Assembly: GCA_934533005.1 (NCBI GenBank) | Contig: CAKTBC010000002.1 | Location: 3,702 to 67,701, forward strand | Direction of reading: 5' to 3' | Origin: an uncultured Oscillospiraceae bacterium | GTDB taxonomy: Bacteria > Bacillota > Clostridia > Oscillospirales > Oscillospiraceae | Length of the DNA: 64,000 nucleotides | Position numbers and translations under genes: made by a program | Notes under the pieces: model-generated | Told to the model about the DNA's origin: nothing | Database searches by the model: none | What the model saw: the letters and a program-made list of their open reading frames with translations, nothing else | In this document: in pieces, positions 47,207 to 56,667 of the stretch | Numbering within the stretch: position 1 is the stretch's first letter | How the letters are laid out: every line of letters begins with the position of its first letter

Positions 47207-47809
47207 TTATCTTTTCTCCTCGGAGGGATCGCCGAGCGCTTCCTGTTCAAGAAAGCGCGCATACGCCTCCGGCGTATTGAGGTTGGCAAGGATAACGTTC
47301 AGATCCCATTCTTTCAGGTCATCCTCGCTGAAATAGTGGACGTTCATCCGCTCAAACACGCTGCGGAAGGAGCGGCACTCGCTCTCGAGCGCTGCCTTCA
47401 CCTGCGGCAGACACCGCCGGTGGAACACACCGAACATCGGCTCGAGCCGCCCGTCAGCACGCCGGATGATGCTCGCGTCGTATTCCCCCAGCCCGTAATA
47501 CAGGGCGCGGGCCAGTTCGGGATCGCCGTTCGGCATATCGGTGGCGGTGAAAAACGCGGCATTCTCGTCTGTCTGGGTGAACGCGGAGTAGAGGCCGTTG
47601 AGCGGCCCCTTTCCCGGATACGCATCCGGGAGTTCCAGATAGCCGCCGCAGTCAAACCGCCCGGGACGATCCACGGAAAACGCCACAGGGCCGAGGCAGG
47701 CATAGCACTTTGCCAGCTTCAGACTCATCGTTTCGTTCCCCACCGGCAGAAGCGCCTTGTCGCGCCCCATGCGCCGGCTCTGTCCTCCGGTCAGAATGAC
47801 GGTCAGCAT
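47207..47809 (-). CDS. mobA: Molybdenum cofactor guanylyltransferase
   Basis: LTGGQSRRMGRDKALL N-terminal motif, GPLNGLYSA, and TDMP. ATG is 3 nt after the upstream stop. Confidence 0.88.
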   Translation of the reverse strand: MLTVILTGGQSRRMGRDKALLPVGNETMSLKLAKCYACLGPVAFSVDRPGRFDCGGYLELPDAYPGKGPLNGLYSAFTQTDENAAFFTATDMPNGDPELARALYYGLGEYDASIIRRADGRLEPMFGVFHRRCLPQVKAALESECRSFRSVFERMNVHYFSEDDLKEWDLNVILANLNTPEAYARFLEQEALGDPSEEKR

Positions 47810-47812
47810 TGC

Positions 47813-48799
47813 TTATCCCTCCATGACGAATCTCTGTCCGATACCCTTTTCGAGCGCGCGGCGGTACACAATCTCCGCGCAGTTCACGTCATGCGCGCCC
47901 ATGCCCATATGCGTGGAAACGATGATCTCGCTCTCCGACTCGCGGCCGGGGACCTTCCCGGTGAGAAGTTCCGTCATATCACCGAACACATAGTCGTTCT
48001 TCACGAATCCCGTGGGGTTCAGGTGCGGGCTGTTGATGATGTCCTGATCCGGGCGGCGGTAGCCGAGATACCACTTGTCTGCCGTCTTGCAGAGCGCCGG
48101 CTCGATATCCCGGAAGCCCTCGATACCAATGACGGTCGTGCCGGGCTTGACCATGTCGACCTTGAGCAGCGGCTCATGCGCGCCGGAGGCCATGAGGATC
48201 AGGCGGCTGTCTTCCACGGCCTGCGCGGGCGTATCGCAGATCACGACCTCGGCACGGCCTTCATATTGCTTGCGCACTTCCTCCATCGGCGCACGGCTGC
48301 GGTTATAGAGCCGCACCTGCCGGATGGACGGGAACTGCGTCAGGAAGCCGCGGATGCCGGCTCTCGCCTGCAGGCCGCATCCCATAACAGTGAGCACCTC
48401 GGGGTCGGGGTTCGTAAGGTGCTTTGCCTGCACGACGCCGTGCCCGCCTGCGGTGCGCATGGCGGTGATGCTCGTCCCACCGACCAGGGCGATCGGCGAG
48501 CCGGTGGTGGTGTCGCTCAGGAGAATGCTCGTGCCGTGGCAGAACGTATACCCCGGCAGCGGCGCGGAAAACGTGCTGATCCATTTCACACCGGCCACAT
48601 GCTTGAAGTGCAGCACCGCAGGCATGGAGTGGAAGTTATTCTTTCTTGTCTCGTCCGTGAACATCAGCGACATATTGCCGACGGTGATATCGCCGGTGCC
48701 GATGCGGTAAAAGGTCTCCTCCGCCGCGGCAATGGCGTCCTCCACCGAGAGGAGTTCCCGGACATTTTCTTCGCTCAGGAGCAGAAGCTCTTCATGCAT
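47813..48799 (-). CDS. Ornithine cyclodeaminase / mu-crystallin family protein
   Basis: Family layout: TAMRTAGGHGVVQAKHL, Rossmann VMGCGLQARAGI, and MVKPGTTVIGIEGF. Confidence 0.8.
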   Translation of the reverse strand: MHEELLLLSEENVRELLSVEDAIAAAEETFYRIGTGDITVGNMSLMFTDETRKNNFHSMPAVLHFKHVAGVKWISTFSAPLPGYTFCHGTSILLSDTTTGSPIALVGGTSITAMRTAGGHGVVQAKHLTNPDPEVLTVMGCGLQARAGIRGFLTQFPSIRQVRLYNRSRAPMEEVRKQYEGRAEVVICDTPAQAVEDSRLILMASGAHEPLLKVDMVKPGTTVIGIEGFRDIEPALCKTADKWYLGYRRPDQDIINSPHLNPTGFVKNDYVFGDMTELLTGKVPGRESESEIIVSTHMGMGAHDVNCAEIVYRRALEKGIGQRFVMEG

Positions 48800-48903
48800 G
48801 TTTTGTTCCTCCGATCCGAATGGGGATGGTGTGCTCTCTCCCCGAGGGGAGAGAGCACGGGGGTAAGAAGAAAGAGAGAGGATAGCTGACTATGTAAATT
48901 TTA

Positions 48904-49431
48904 TCAGCGCTTTTTGCGGAGATTAAGCTTATCGATCAGCACGTTGCAGGCTTTATCGCTGCCGCTGGCGATATATTCTTCCTCCGTTACGCAGTCCAGC
49001 GCGCCGAAGGAGCACGCACGAACACATGCGGGCTTCAGCCCGGCCTTTACGCGCTCGTTGCACCCATCGCACTTTTCCATTTTTCCGTCGGACTTGCGGT
49101 AGCGCGGCGCGCCGAACGGGCACGCCATCGCGCAGCTCTTGCAGCCGATGCAGTTGGTGTTGTCGTACACAGTGAAGCCCGTCTCCGGGTCCTTGCTGAT
49201 GCAGCCCACCGGGCATGCCGGGATGCAGGGCGCATCCACGCAGTGCATGCATGCCGTGGAGAGATACGCAAAATACGTGCTGCCGTCCGCAAGAGGTACT
49301 TCCGTGTCGAACGTCTGGCGGAAGCAGAGATCCCCGGCTTCGATGTCCGTGTCGTTCTGGTCGAGGCAGCCCATCATGCAGGCCGAGCAGGCGGAGCACT
49401 TGTTCTCGTCAAATACAAAAATGTGTTTCAT
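48904..49431 (-). CDS. 4Fe-4S dicluster-domain electron-transfer subunit (DmsB/PsrB/NrfC-like, four Cys groups)
   Basis: CSACSACMMGC, CMHCVDAPCIPACP, CIGCKSCAMACP, CDGCNERV...CVRAC. ATG is 1 nt after the catalytic-subunit stop. Confidence 0.88.
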   Translation of the reverse strand: MKHIFVFDENKCSACSACMMGCLDQNDTDIEAGDLCFRQTFDTEVPLADGSTYFAYLSTACMHCVDAPCIPACPVGCISKDPETGFTVYDNTNCIGCKSCAMACPFGAPRYRKSDGKMEKCDGCNERVKAGLKPACVRACSFGALDCVTEEEYIASGSDKACNVLIDKLNLRKKR

Positions 49432-49432
49432 A

Positions 49433-51583
49433 TCACTTGCCCTCCACTTTGCGGATGTTGCAGCGTAGGCCCTTGAACCCGGGGAAGCCGGAGTACGGGT
49501 CAACGTGGTTCTCGCCGACGAGCTCGTTGACGTTCGCCTCGGTGTAGCCATGGATGGCCAGCAGCACACCGGGCTTCGCAAGGGCGCTCACCTTGACGCG
49601 CATGCGGATCTCGCCGTGCGGACTGGACATGGCGACCCAGTCGCCGTTCTTAAGACCGAGACGCTTGGCATCCTCGTTGTGCACCTCCACGGTCGGGTCG
49701 GGCTGCAGCGAGCGCAGCCATGGCACCTCATGCGTGCGGGAGTGGAGCGCATGTGGGCGGCGCGCGCCGGTGCAGAGATAGAACGGGTATTTGGCTTTCG
49801 TTTCGGGATCGTTCTCATCGGAGAGCGGATCGGTATAGCTCGGCAGCGGATCGAGCCGCGGGTCGATCTGCGCGATGGTGTTCGAGTAGAATTCAAACTT
49901 GCCGGACGGGGTATTGAAGCCGTTGGCAAGCACTTTGCCCGCCTGCGCCGGCCACTTGGCGGTGGGCACCTTCACGGGCAGAGAGCTCTTCTTGAGGTCT
50001 GCCACGGTAAGGCCGCAGCCGTCGATGATCCAGTCGCAGCAGGCCTCGTAGCCCTGCTGCAGCAGATCGTCGTCGAGATTGAGAGCTTTTATCATGCCGT
50101 ACATGATATCGGTATCGGACTTGGAATCATACAGCGGCTCAATGACCGGCTGTGTGAACGTGAGGAAGCCGCCCTGATACGCCTTCATCTCCCCGCGCTC
50201 GAGCGACGAGCACGCGGGCAGGACAAGATCGGCGTACTTGGCCGACCATGTCATGAACATATCCGTGTCGACATAGAAGTCCAGGTTATCTGCCATAGCC
50301 TTGAGCAGGTGTTCCGACTGCGGCAGCATCTTGGCGTTCAGGCCGAAGGCAACCATGCCCTTGAGCGGATACGGCGTGCCTTCTTCGAGCTGACGAATGA
50401 GATCGACAGCCTGGAACTCATCATAGAGTGCGTTCCACAGCGGGAACTTCTCCGCACCGATGCGTTCGGGAGCGTCCTTCGGGTAGCGGTCCGAGCGGAA
50501 CTGATGCTCGCGCGTCGGGAATCCGGCGGGCTTGTGGATGTACGAGGCCGGGTTTGGCACGTTGCCGCCGGCGCGGTCAAAGTTGCCGGTCAGCGCTGAC
50601 AGGCACACGATGGCGCGGTGGGTGTTGAAGCCGTTGATGTGGTGCACGAGCGCAGACGAGGAGTGGTTCGTGCACGCCGGGCCGTTCGTGGCATAAAGCT
50701 TCGTGGCTTCGAAAATGAGATCCGGATCGAGACCGGTGATCTCCGCGACTTTTTCGAGCGGATACTGGTCGACGAGCTCTTTGTATTTATCAAAGCCGAA
50801 CGTGTACTTCTCGACGTACTCCTTATCCATCCAGCCGTTGTCGATGATAAGCTTGCCCATGCCGAGCGCGAGAGCGCCGTCCGTGCCGGGGTTGATCTTG
50901 AGGAAAATGTCTGCAAGGTTCTTCGTGGCAGGCGTATCGCGGATGTCGATGATGATGACCTTGCCGCCGCGCTTTTTGAGCGCCTGCACGCCGCCGACGG
51001 ACAGGTGGTTGGAGTAGTAGCCGTCATAGTTCCAGCCAAGGTATGTGCTGGCGTGCCCCATATCCGGGCCGGCGCTGGTACCGGCGGTCGTCTTATTGGC
51101 GAGCATCATGGACGTCATGCAGGTGCTGTCGTCAGTGGCAAAGTTCACGCTGCCGAACACGTGCGCCATGCGGTGCAGGATCGGGCGGTACCACTTGGCG
51201 TAGCCGCTGAAGAACATGACGGAGCTCGCGCCGTACTTTTCGCGGATCTTCAGCAGGTTCTCCGCGATCATGTCGAATGCTTCGTCCCAGCTGATGGGCT
51301 CAAACTTGCCCTCTCCGCGCTCGCCGACGCGCTTGAGCGGCGTCTTGAGGCGGTCGGCACGATACACGTAGTTTCGCAGCGCCGAGCCCTTCGTGCAGAG
51401 CTTGCCGCGGTTGAACGGATGCTCCGGCGTTCCTTCGATGCGGATGATCTTTCCGTCCTTTACATAGCAGTCCACGCCGCAGTGCAGGCCGGGGCTGCAG
51501 ATCGCGCACAGAGAGCGCTTTATTTCGATGCCGGTGTCCTCGCCCGGGATCTTGGCTTTTATTTTCTTTTCCAGTTCAGTCAA
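49433..51583 (-). CDS. Molybdopterin (bis-MGD) oxidoreductase catalytic subunit, DMSO-reductase superfamily, cytoplasmic
   Basis: 716 aa. N-terminal Fe-S Cys cluster CAICSPGLHCGVDC...KLCTKG, followed by MGD-binding domains and a C-terminal beta-barrel domain (VEVHNEDAKRLGLKNGDWV). No twin-arginine signal. TTG start 7 nt after AGGAGGG. Confidence 0.85.
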   Translation of the reverse strand: MTELEKKIKAKIPGEDTGIEIKRSLCAICSPGLHCGVDCYVKDGKIIRIEGTPEHPFNRGKLCTKGSALRNYVYRADRLKTPLKRVGERGEGKFEPISWDEAFDMIAENLLKIREKYGASSVMFFSGYAKWYRPILHRMAHVFGSVNFATDDSTCMTSMMLANKTTAGTSAGPDMGHASTYLGWNYDGYYSNHLSVGGVQALKKRGGKVIIIDIRDTPATKNLADIFLKINPGTDGALALGMGKLIIDNGWMDKEYVEKYTFGFDKYKELVDQYPLEKVAEITGLDPDLIFEATKLYATNGPACTNHSSSALVHHINGFNTHRAIVCLSALTGNFDRAGGNVPNPASYIHKPAGFPTREHQFRSDRYPKDAPERIGAEKFPLWNALYDEFQAVDLIRQLEEGTPYPLKGMVAFGLNAKMLPQSEHLLKAMADNLDFYVDTDMFMTWSAKYADLVLPACSSLERGEMKAYQGGFLTFTQPVIEPLYDSKSDTDIMYGMIKALNLDDDLLQQGYEACCDWIIDGCGLTVADLKKSSLPVKVPTAKWPAQAGKVLANGFNTPSGKFEFYSNTIAQIDPRLDPLPSYTDPLSDENDPETKAKYPFYLCTGARRPHALHSRTHEVPWLRSLQPDPTVEVHNEDAKRLGLKNGDWVAMSSPHGEIRMRVKVSALAKPGVLLAIHGYTEANVNELVGENHVDPYSGFPGFKGLRCNIRKVEGK

Positions 51584-52853
51584 GGTTCAGCCCTCCTAAG
51601 AATTTAATGAAGCTGTCTGGGAAGCCCCTCCACTTGAGATAGCAGACGGACTTGAGATCCAGACCCGCGTCCTTATTCTCTATCGCCTTTATAAACGCGC
51701 TTTTCAGTATGCCGTTGCTCTCGGCCGAGCCGATCACGTTCAGGCACTTGATCGCGTCCGCATCCCGGACGCCGCGGATATACAGGTGCTCATCCTCATA
51801 CTCATAGAGCTCATCCGTATCCTTACAGATGCTCACGTCGCCGATGCTGAAGAAATCGTAGTGCAGGTAATGCGCGAGACTCAGCGACACATTCGCGCCG
51901 AAGCGCGCATCGCCGCCGGTCATGCAGTTGCCCGCCACGCGCCCCTGCTGCATCGAGTTGAGCCAGAGCGCCAGATTCTTCACGGTGCGGTTTTGCGTTT
52001 CAAAGGCATCGCAGCAGTCGCCCGCGCCATAAATGCCGGGGTAATTCGACTCCATGTGCTCGTTGACGGTCACGCCCTTGCCGACAGCAATGTCCGTTCC
52101 CTTCAGGAACGCAAGATTTGGCCGCACGCCGCTCGTGACGGCGATAAGATCGGCCGTATACCGCTCGCCGGTGTTCGCCACCGCGACAAGCCGCCCGTCC
52201 TCCGAGCGCTCGATATGGTCGAGCGTCCGGCCGAACGCGAGATGCACGCCTTTCTTTTCGAGATCGGCCTGCACGCGCTCCGCCGTCTGCGGGAAGAGCG
52301 CTTTGGAGAATGCCTGACGGCTGCGGTTCATAAGAGTGCAGTCCACGCCCGCCTCCACGAAATCCTCCACGACCTTGATGCCGCTCCACGACGCGCCAAA
52401 CACGAGACCCGCGTGTACCTTTCCACTCGAGAGCGCTTCCTTGAGCTGCACGGCATCGTCCACGGTGCGCATGGTGAATACGCCCGGCAGCTCTGCCCCC
52501 TCGAGCTGCGGCTTTACCGCCGATGCGCCGGTGCTGATGAGAATGGCGTCGTACTGCGCCTCGCTCCCGTCCGACAGACGCACCGTCTTCGCCGCGGGGT
52601 CAAGTCCCGTGACCGGCGTGTGCGGATGTACGATCAGGTTCAGCTCATTTTTTACTTCCTCCAGAGAGCCGAACGGGAACAGGGCGTCATACGGGATCGT
52701 TCCCTTGACGTAATATGTTGTCAGCATCGGGTTGTACGGGCCGAAATCCGTGTCTGAATACACATGGATCTCCGCCTCTGCATCCCGCTGCCGGGCTTCC
52801 TTTGCCGCGCTGTACCCAGCGCCGCCGAAGCCGATGATAGCGATCTTCTTCAT
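51576..52853 (-). CDS. FAD-dependent pyridine nucleotide-disulfide-family oxidoreductase (no redox-active Cys seen)
   Basis: MKKIAIIGFGGAGYSAA (FAD GxGxxG), a second dinucleotide fold LVFGASWSGIKV, and YGAGDCC. The 3' end overlaps the Mo-subunit start by 8 nt. Confidence 0.85.
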   Translation of the reverse strand: MKKIAIIGFGGAGYSAAKEARQRDAEAEIHVYSDTDFGPYNPMLTTYYVKGTIPYDALFPFGSLEEVKNELNLIVHPHTPVTGLDPAAKTVRLSDGSEAQYDAILISTGASAVKPQLEGAELPGVFTMRTVDDAVQLKEALSSGKVHAGLVFGASWSGIKVVEDFVEAGVDCTLMNRSRQAFSKALFPQTAERVQADLEKKGVHLAFGRTLDHIERSEDGRLVAVANTGERYTADLIAVTSGVRPNLAFLKGTDIAVGKGVTVNEHMESNYPGIYGAGDCCDAFETQNRTVKNLALWLNSMQQGRVAGNCMTGGDARFGANVSLSLAHYLHYDFFSIGDVSICKDTDELYEYEDEHLYIRGVRDADAIKCLNVIGSAESNGILKSAFIKAIENKDAGLDLKSVCYLKWRGFPDSFIKFLGGLNLD

Positions 52854-52972
52854 ATTATCCTTAAATCCTCCCGTTGTAAAGGCCGGACAGACGATGCTTG
52901 CCGCGCCCGTCCGGGTCGTACCGAAAGCCAGGGATAAAGCAAATGCTGTATCCCTGGCTGCCGTATTTTGCG

Positions 52973-54445
52973 TTAGGAAAGCAGACTGCCGAGCGCGGCG
53001 ATGTCCTCGCAATTTTCAATGTTGCAGAGAACTTCGATCGCCTTCTCCAGCTTTTCGCCCTGCAGGACCGGTGCGGCCTGCACGCGGAACCGCTCCACAA
53101 ACTGCTCGCGCGTCATCATGTTCTTCGGATGACCCGGGTGAGCGTCCATAGACTTCTGGAACACTTCCCCGTTCTTCAGCTTGATCGTGACGGTCTTCAT
53201 CGGGTAGGAGCCGGTGCGGAACTGCTTGAAGCCGGTCAGCGGGGAATCCGTAGGAGACTCGCCGCCGTGGATGCGCTGCGCCAGAGCAAGCACCTTGGGG
53301 TTGACCATGTTTTCCTTCGTGAACCACTGCGCGCCCGGGTTGGGATCGTACAGCATGGCGGCCACGACGAACGGAATGGAGAACTGAGCGTGGGTCACGG
53401 AGGTGAAGCCCTCGGCAGGCGCCCACATACGCTCGGCGACCGGCGGATCAACGACGATCTCTTCCACGTCCTCGGGCCCGAAGCCATGCTCCTTGCGCAG
53501 ATCGGCGACGATCTCCGCGGTGGTCTGCACCCACATGTTGGCAGGCCAGTGCTTCATCAGGGTCTCCATCGTGAGATAGCGCGTGCCGAGATCCTTGGTG
53601 AGCCAGGAGATATCGGCCTCGCCGGAGACGACTCTCGTCTCGCCGCTGCCGTTGTTCGCGTCGTCACCGCAGATGACGCCGGTGTAGCAGCGGGGCTCGT
53701 CGAGCGCGTCGAGCTGGTTGTGGATGCCCTTCTCCACGGCCTTCGCGATCATGAAGCCGTCACGGGCGCGGTAGCCGTGCTCGTAGTGGTAGAAGTCGGA
53801 CATGGTGGTAGCGTGGTACGCCGTGGGCAGCGTGCTGCTCTCGCAGCCGACGCCGATGGCCTGGTTGACCTTGCGCGCATCGAAGCCGTAGAGCTTCGCA
53901 ATGGGGATGATGCAGCCGAAGATCTGCCAGCTCGTCAGGCCCCAGCCCTTCGTCTTCCAGCGAAGATCGGACGGCTGCACGGCCATCGCGATGCGCTGAT
54001 AGACCTCATAACCGGCGACGATGGCAGTGAGCAGGTCCTTGCCGCTCTTGTGCTTCTCTTCGGAAGCCAGCCACGCGCAGGGGATGATACCCGCGGAGGG
54101 GTGGCCCGTCCAGGAGCAATCTTCCCAGTCGAGGGAGTCGGACATGGTGCCGAGCGCGAGCGCGGCGTTCACGGGAGCGAGCTTCTCGCCCGTGCCCCAA
54201 ACGGTCGTCGGGCCGCCGATACCGCCGTTGGCCTCGCGGGACATTTCGCGCACCTTCTCGCTGATGGGGGTGTTGCGCGCAGCCAGCGTGACGCCGATGG
54301 TCTGGAGCATGATCATCTTGGCGCGCTCGATAACTTCGGCGGGGATATCCTCATACTTCAGGTTGACCGTATACTCGCTCAGTTCCTGCGTGTAGGTAGT
54401 CGGAGTGAGAAAATTATTATCCTTATGGAAACGATTGTATCGCAT
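52973..54445 (-). CDS. MmgE/PrpD-family protein, paralog 1
   Basis: YEDIPAEVIERAKMIMLQTIGVTLAA, LDWEDCSWTGHPSAGIIP, AIVAGYEVYQRIA. ATG follows AGGAGG. Confidence 0.8.
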   Translation of the reverse strand: MRYNRFHKDNNFLTPTTYTQELSEYTVNLKYEDIPAEVIERAKMIMLQTIGVTLAARNTPISEKVREMSREANGGIGGPTTVWGTGEKLAPVNAALALGTMSDSLDWEDCSWTGHPSAGIIPCAWLASEEKHKSGKDLLTAIVAGYEVYQRIAMAVQPSDLRWKTKGWGLTSWQIFGCIIPIAKLYGFDARKVNQAIGVGCESSTLPTAYHATTMSDFYHYEHGYRARDGFMIAKAVEKGIHNQLDALDEPRCYTGVICGDDANNGSGETRVVSGEADISWLTKDLGTRYLTMETLMKHWPANMWVQTTAEIVADLRKEHGFGPEDVEEIVVDPPVAERMWAPAEGFTSVTHAQFSIPFVVAAMLYDPNPGAQWFTKENMVNPKVLALAQRIHGGESPTDSPLTGFKQFRTGSYPMKTVTIKLKNGEVFQKSMDAHPGHPKNMMTREQFVERFRVQAAPVLQGEKLEKAIEVLCNIENCEDIAALGSLLS

Positions 54446-54501
54446 TTTGTACCTCCTACTTCATGATGTCATTCTGAACTCTTGTGCCTATGCACGCGAG
54501 A

Positions 54502-55881
54502 TCAATAGAAATACTGCGGCAGACCGGACACATCGTCATACTCGTCGAGATGGCAGATGGTCTCAATGGCGCCTTCGATCTTCTTCGGAGTCAGGACATA
54601 GCGCGTGAGCATACGGAAGTCATCCTTGAACTCGTCACGGGTGAGCATGTAGCTCGGGTGGCCGGGATGCGTGAAGAGACTCTCGGTGTACTCGGTGCCG
54701 TCCTTCAGGCGCACGGTCATGAACTTCTCGGGGTGCTTGCCCTCGATGAGGTCCTTGATGAACTTGTTGCCGCCCATCTTCACGAAGCCGTCGGCCTTGA
54801 CCTTGTTCATCAGCGCAACGATCTTCGGATCGACCATCGTTTCGGGCTGATACCAGATCGCGCCCGGCTCGGGATGATACATGGCGCACGCGGTGCAGTA
54901 CGGGATGGAGAACTGCGCCTGGGTGACGGACTTGTAGCCCCAATCGGAGTACCAGTGACGGAAGGCAACGGACGGACGGATGATGATCTCCTCGACGTCG
55001 TCGGGGTTGAACTTGTACTTATTGATGAGATTGCGGGCGAGCTCGGCATAGGTCTGCACGAACACGTTCGCCGGGCTGTGCTTGACGAGGATCATGTTCA
55101 TGAGGAACCACTCGGTGCCGAGATCCTTCGTGAGCCAGGTGATGTCGGGCTCGACGGTGTGGTTGAAGTAAGCGGTGCCGTCGTCAAAGGCGTCTTCCAT
55201 GTTCTCGATGCCGAGCATGGCGGTCTTGATCATGGTGACGGTGGACTCGTTCTTGAAGCCGTAGAGGTAGTTGAGCGAGTCGGACATGGTCGCCTCATGG
55301 ACGTTGCAGGAGATGATGGAGCAGGCGGTGCCGATGCCGAAGGCGCGGTTCATCTTTTCCTCGGACAGGTCAAGGAGCTTCATGAGCACCGTGAGGTTGC
55401 CGAAGATGTTGTAGCTGACGATGTTGGTGCGGCCGGCGAGCGCGATACGCTGGTAGACCTCATAGCCGGCGACGATGGCGGTGAGCACATCCTTGCCGCT
55501 CTTCTTGAGCACCTCGCCCGCCACAACGGCGGTGGTGATGATGCCGGCCGAGGGGTGGCCGGTCACGGAGCAGTCTTCCCAGTCGAGCATGTCGCCCATC
55601 GTGCCGGCGACAAACGTGGCCGCTTCCCAGCTGACCTTTTTGCCGTCTGCCCAGATGGTGGCAATCTCTTCGCCGCCGGGGGACATTTCCTTGGCGATTT
55701 CGATGGCGTCCTTGATTTCCTGCAGTTCGGAGCTGCAAAGGCAGACACCGACGGTGTGCAGAACCATCATCTTGGCACGCTCGATAACCACGGGCGGGAT
55801 GTCCTCATATTTCAGTTCCTTAACAAAATGGACGATCTGCTTGGTGTTATCGGTGGTAATTCCGTGATAATTGAATCCCAT
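54502..55881 (-). CDS. MmgE/PrpD-family protein, paralog 2
   Basis: YEDIPPVVIERAKMMVLHTVGVCLCS, LDWEDCSVTGHPSAGIIT, AIVAGYEVYQRIA. ATG follows AAGGAGG. Confidence 0.8.
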   Translation of the reverse strand: MGFNYHGITTDNTKQIVHFVKELKYEDIPPVVIERAKMMVLHTVGVCLCSSELQEIKDAIEIAKEMSPGGEEIATIWADGKKVSWEAATFVAGTMGDMLDWEDCSVTGHPSAGIITTAVVAGEVLKKSGKDVLTAIVAGYEVYQRIALAGRTNIVSYNIFGNLTVLMKLLDLSEEKMNRAFGIGTACSIISCNVHEATMSDSLNYLYGFKNESTVTMIKTAMLGIENMEDAFDDGTAYFNHTVEPDITWLTKDLGTEWFLMNMILVKHSPANVFVQTYAELARNLINKYKFNPDDVEEIIIRPSVAFRHWYSDWGYKSVTQAQFSIPYCTACAMYHPEPGAIWYQPETMVDPKIVALMNKVKADGFVKMGGNKFIKDLIEGKHPEKFMTVRLKDGTEYTESLFTHPGHPSYMLTRDEFKDDFRMLTRYVLTPKKIEGAIETICHLDEYDDVSGLPQYFY

Positions 55882-55923
55882 TATATTTCCTCCTTGCAGT
55901 TTTCAGTCGCCGCATGGCGATTT

Positions 55924-56640
55924 TCAAATGGTAAAGAGTTTCCCGAGATTGGGAAGCTTGTCGTTTACGCCGGAGTGGCGCAGGCACGCCCAGAGGCTGG
56001 CTTGATGGCTCGTGATGACCGGCATGCCGAGATCGTCCTCGAGCGCCGGGATGAGCTCCATCGTGCCGAGACCCATGCAGCTGAGGAAGAACACCTCCGC
56101 GCCGGTCGTATCCAGCTTCATCGCGTTGCGGTAAAGGTGCCGCTTGCTCGCGTGGCCGAACTCGCCGACCTTGTTGAAGCCGATGCCGGTGATGGACGTT
56201 ACCTCGATGCCGTTGTCCTCGAGGAACTTCTTCTCCGCCTGGTTCGTGTCCTCCGGGTACGGCGTCATGACGACGGTCTTCTTGAGACCGAGCGCTTCAA
56301 AGGCCTCGAGCACCGCAGTGCTCGTCGTAAGGCCGGGACAGCCGCTCGCCCGCTCGATGCGCTCGATGCATTCCTTGTCAAAGCCGTAGCCCTTGATGCA
56401 GCTGCCGGACGTGCAGCCGAAGAGAATGACGTCGTGCGGGCTCTTGCGGTACATCTTCGCCGCTTCCTCGAGCTGATCCGAGAGAAACACCAGTCCCTCC
56501 GGCGTCGGGCCGGGGAACCAGAGGCGGGTGCTGTCGAAGGACACGCCCTCCGGGGCGTATTTGTTGAAAGCATATTCGACCTTGTCGTCGATCGGCGCGA
56601 TCACGCCGATCCTTGCTCTCCAACCGTAGTAGTTTTCCAT
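55924..56640 (-). CDS. Asp/Glu/hydantoin racemase superfamily protein (maleate isomerase / arylmalonate decarboxylase-like), paralog 1
   Basis: YGWRARIGVIAP, a two-Cys pattern FGCTSGS and FLSCMGL, and PVITSHQA. Confidence 0.75.
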   Translation of the reverse strand: MENYYGWRARIGVIAPIDDKVEYAFNKYAPEGVSFDSTRLWFPGPTPEGLVFLSDQLEEAAKMYRKSPHDVILFGCTSGSCIKGYGFDKECIERIERASGCPGLTTSTAVLEAFEALGLKKTVVMTPYPEDTNQAEKKFLEDNGIEVTSITGIGFNKVGEFGHASKRHLYRNAMKLDTTGAEVFFLSCMGLGTMELIPALEDDLGMPVITSHQASLWACLRHSGVNDKLPNLGKLFTI

Positions 56641-56667
56641 GTTATCGACCCTTTCCTTTCGTGAAGT

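Noticed and set aside
49433-51583. Selenocysteine (in-frame TGA) or a Tat signal in the molybdoenzyme.
   Set aside because: The ORF is continuous with no internal TGA. The N-terminus lacks an RR motif and hydrophobic h-region.
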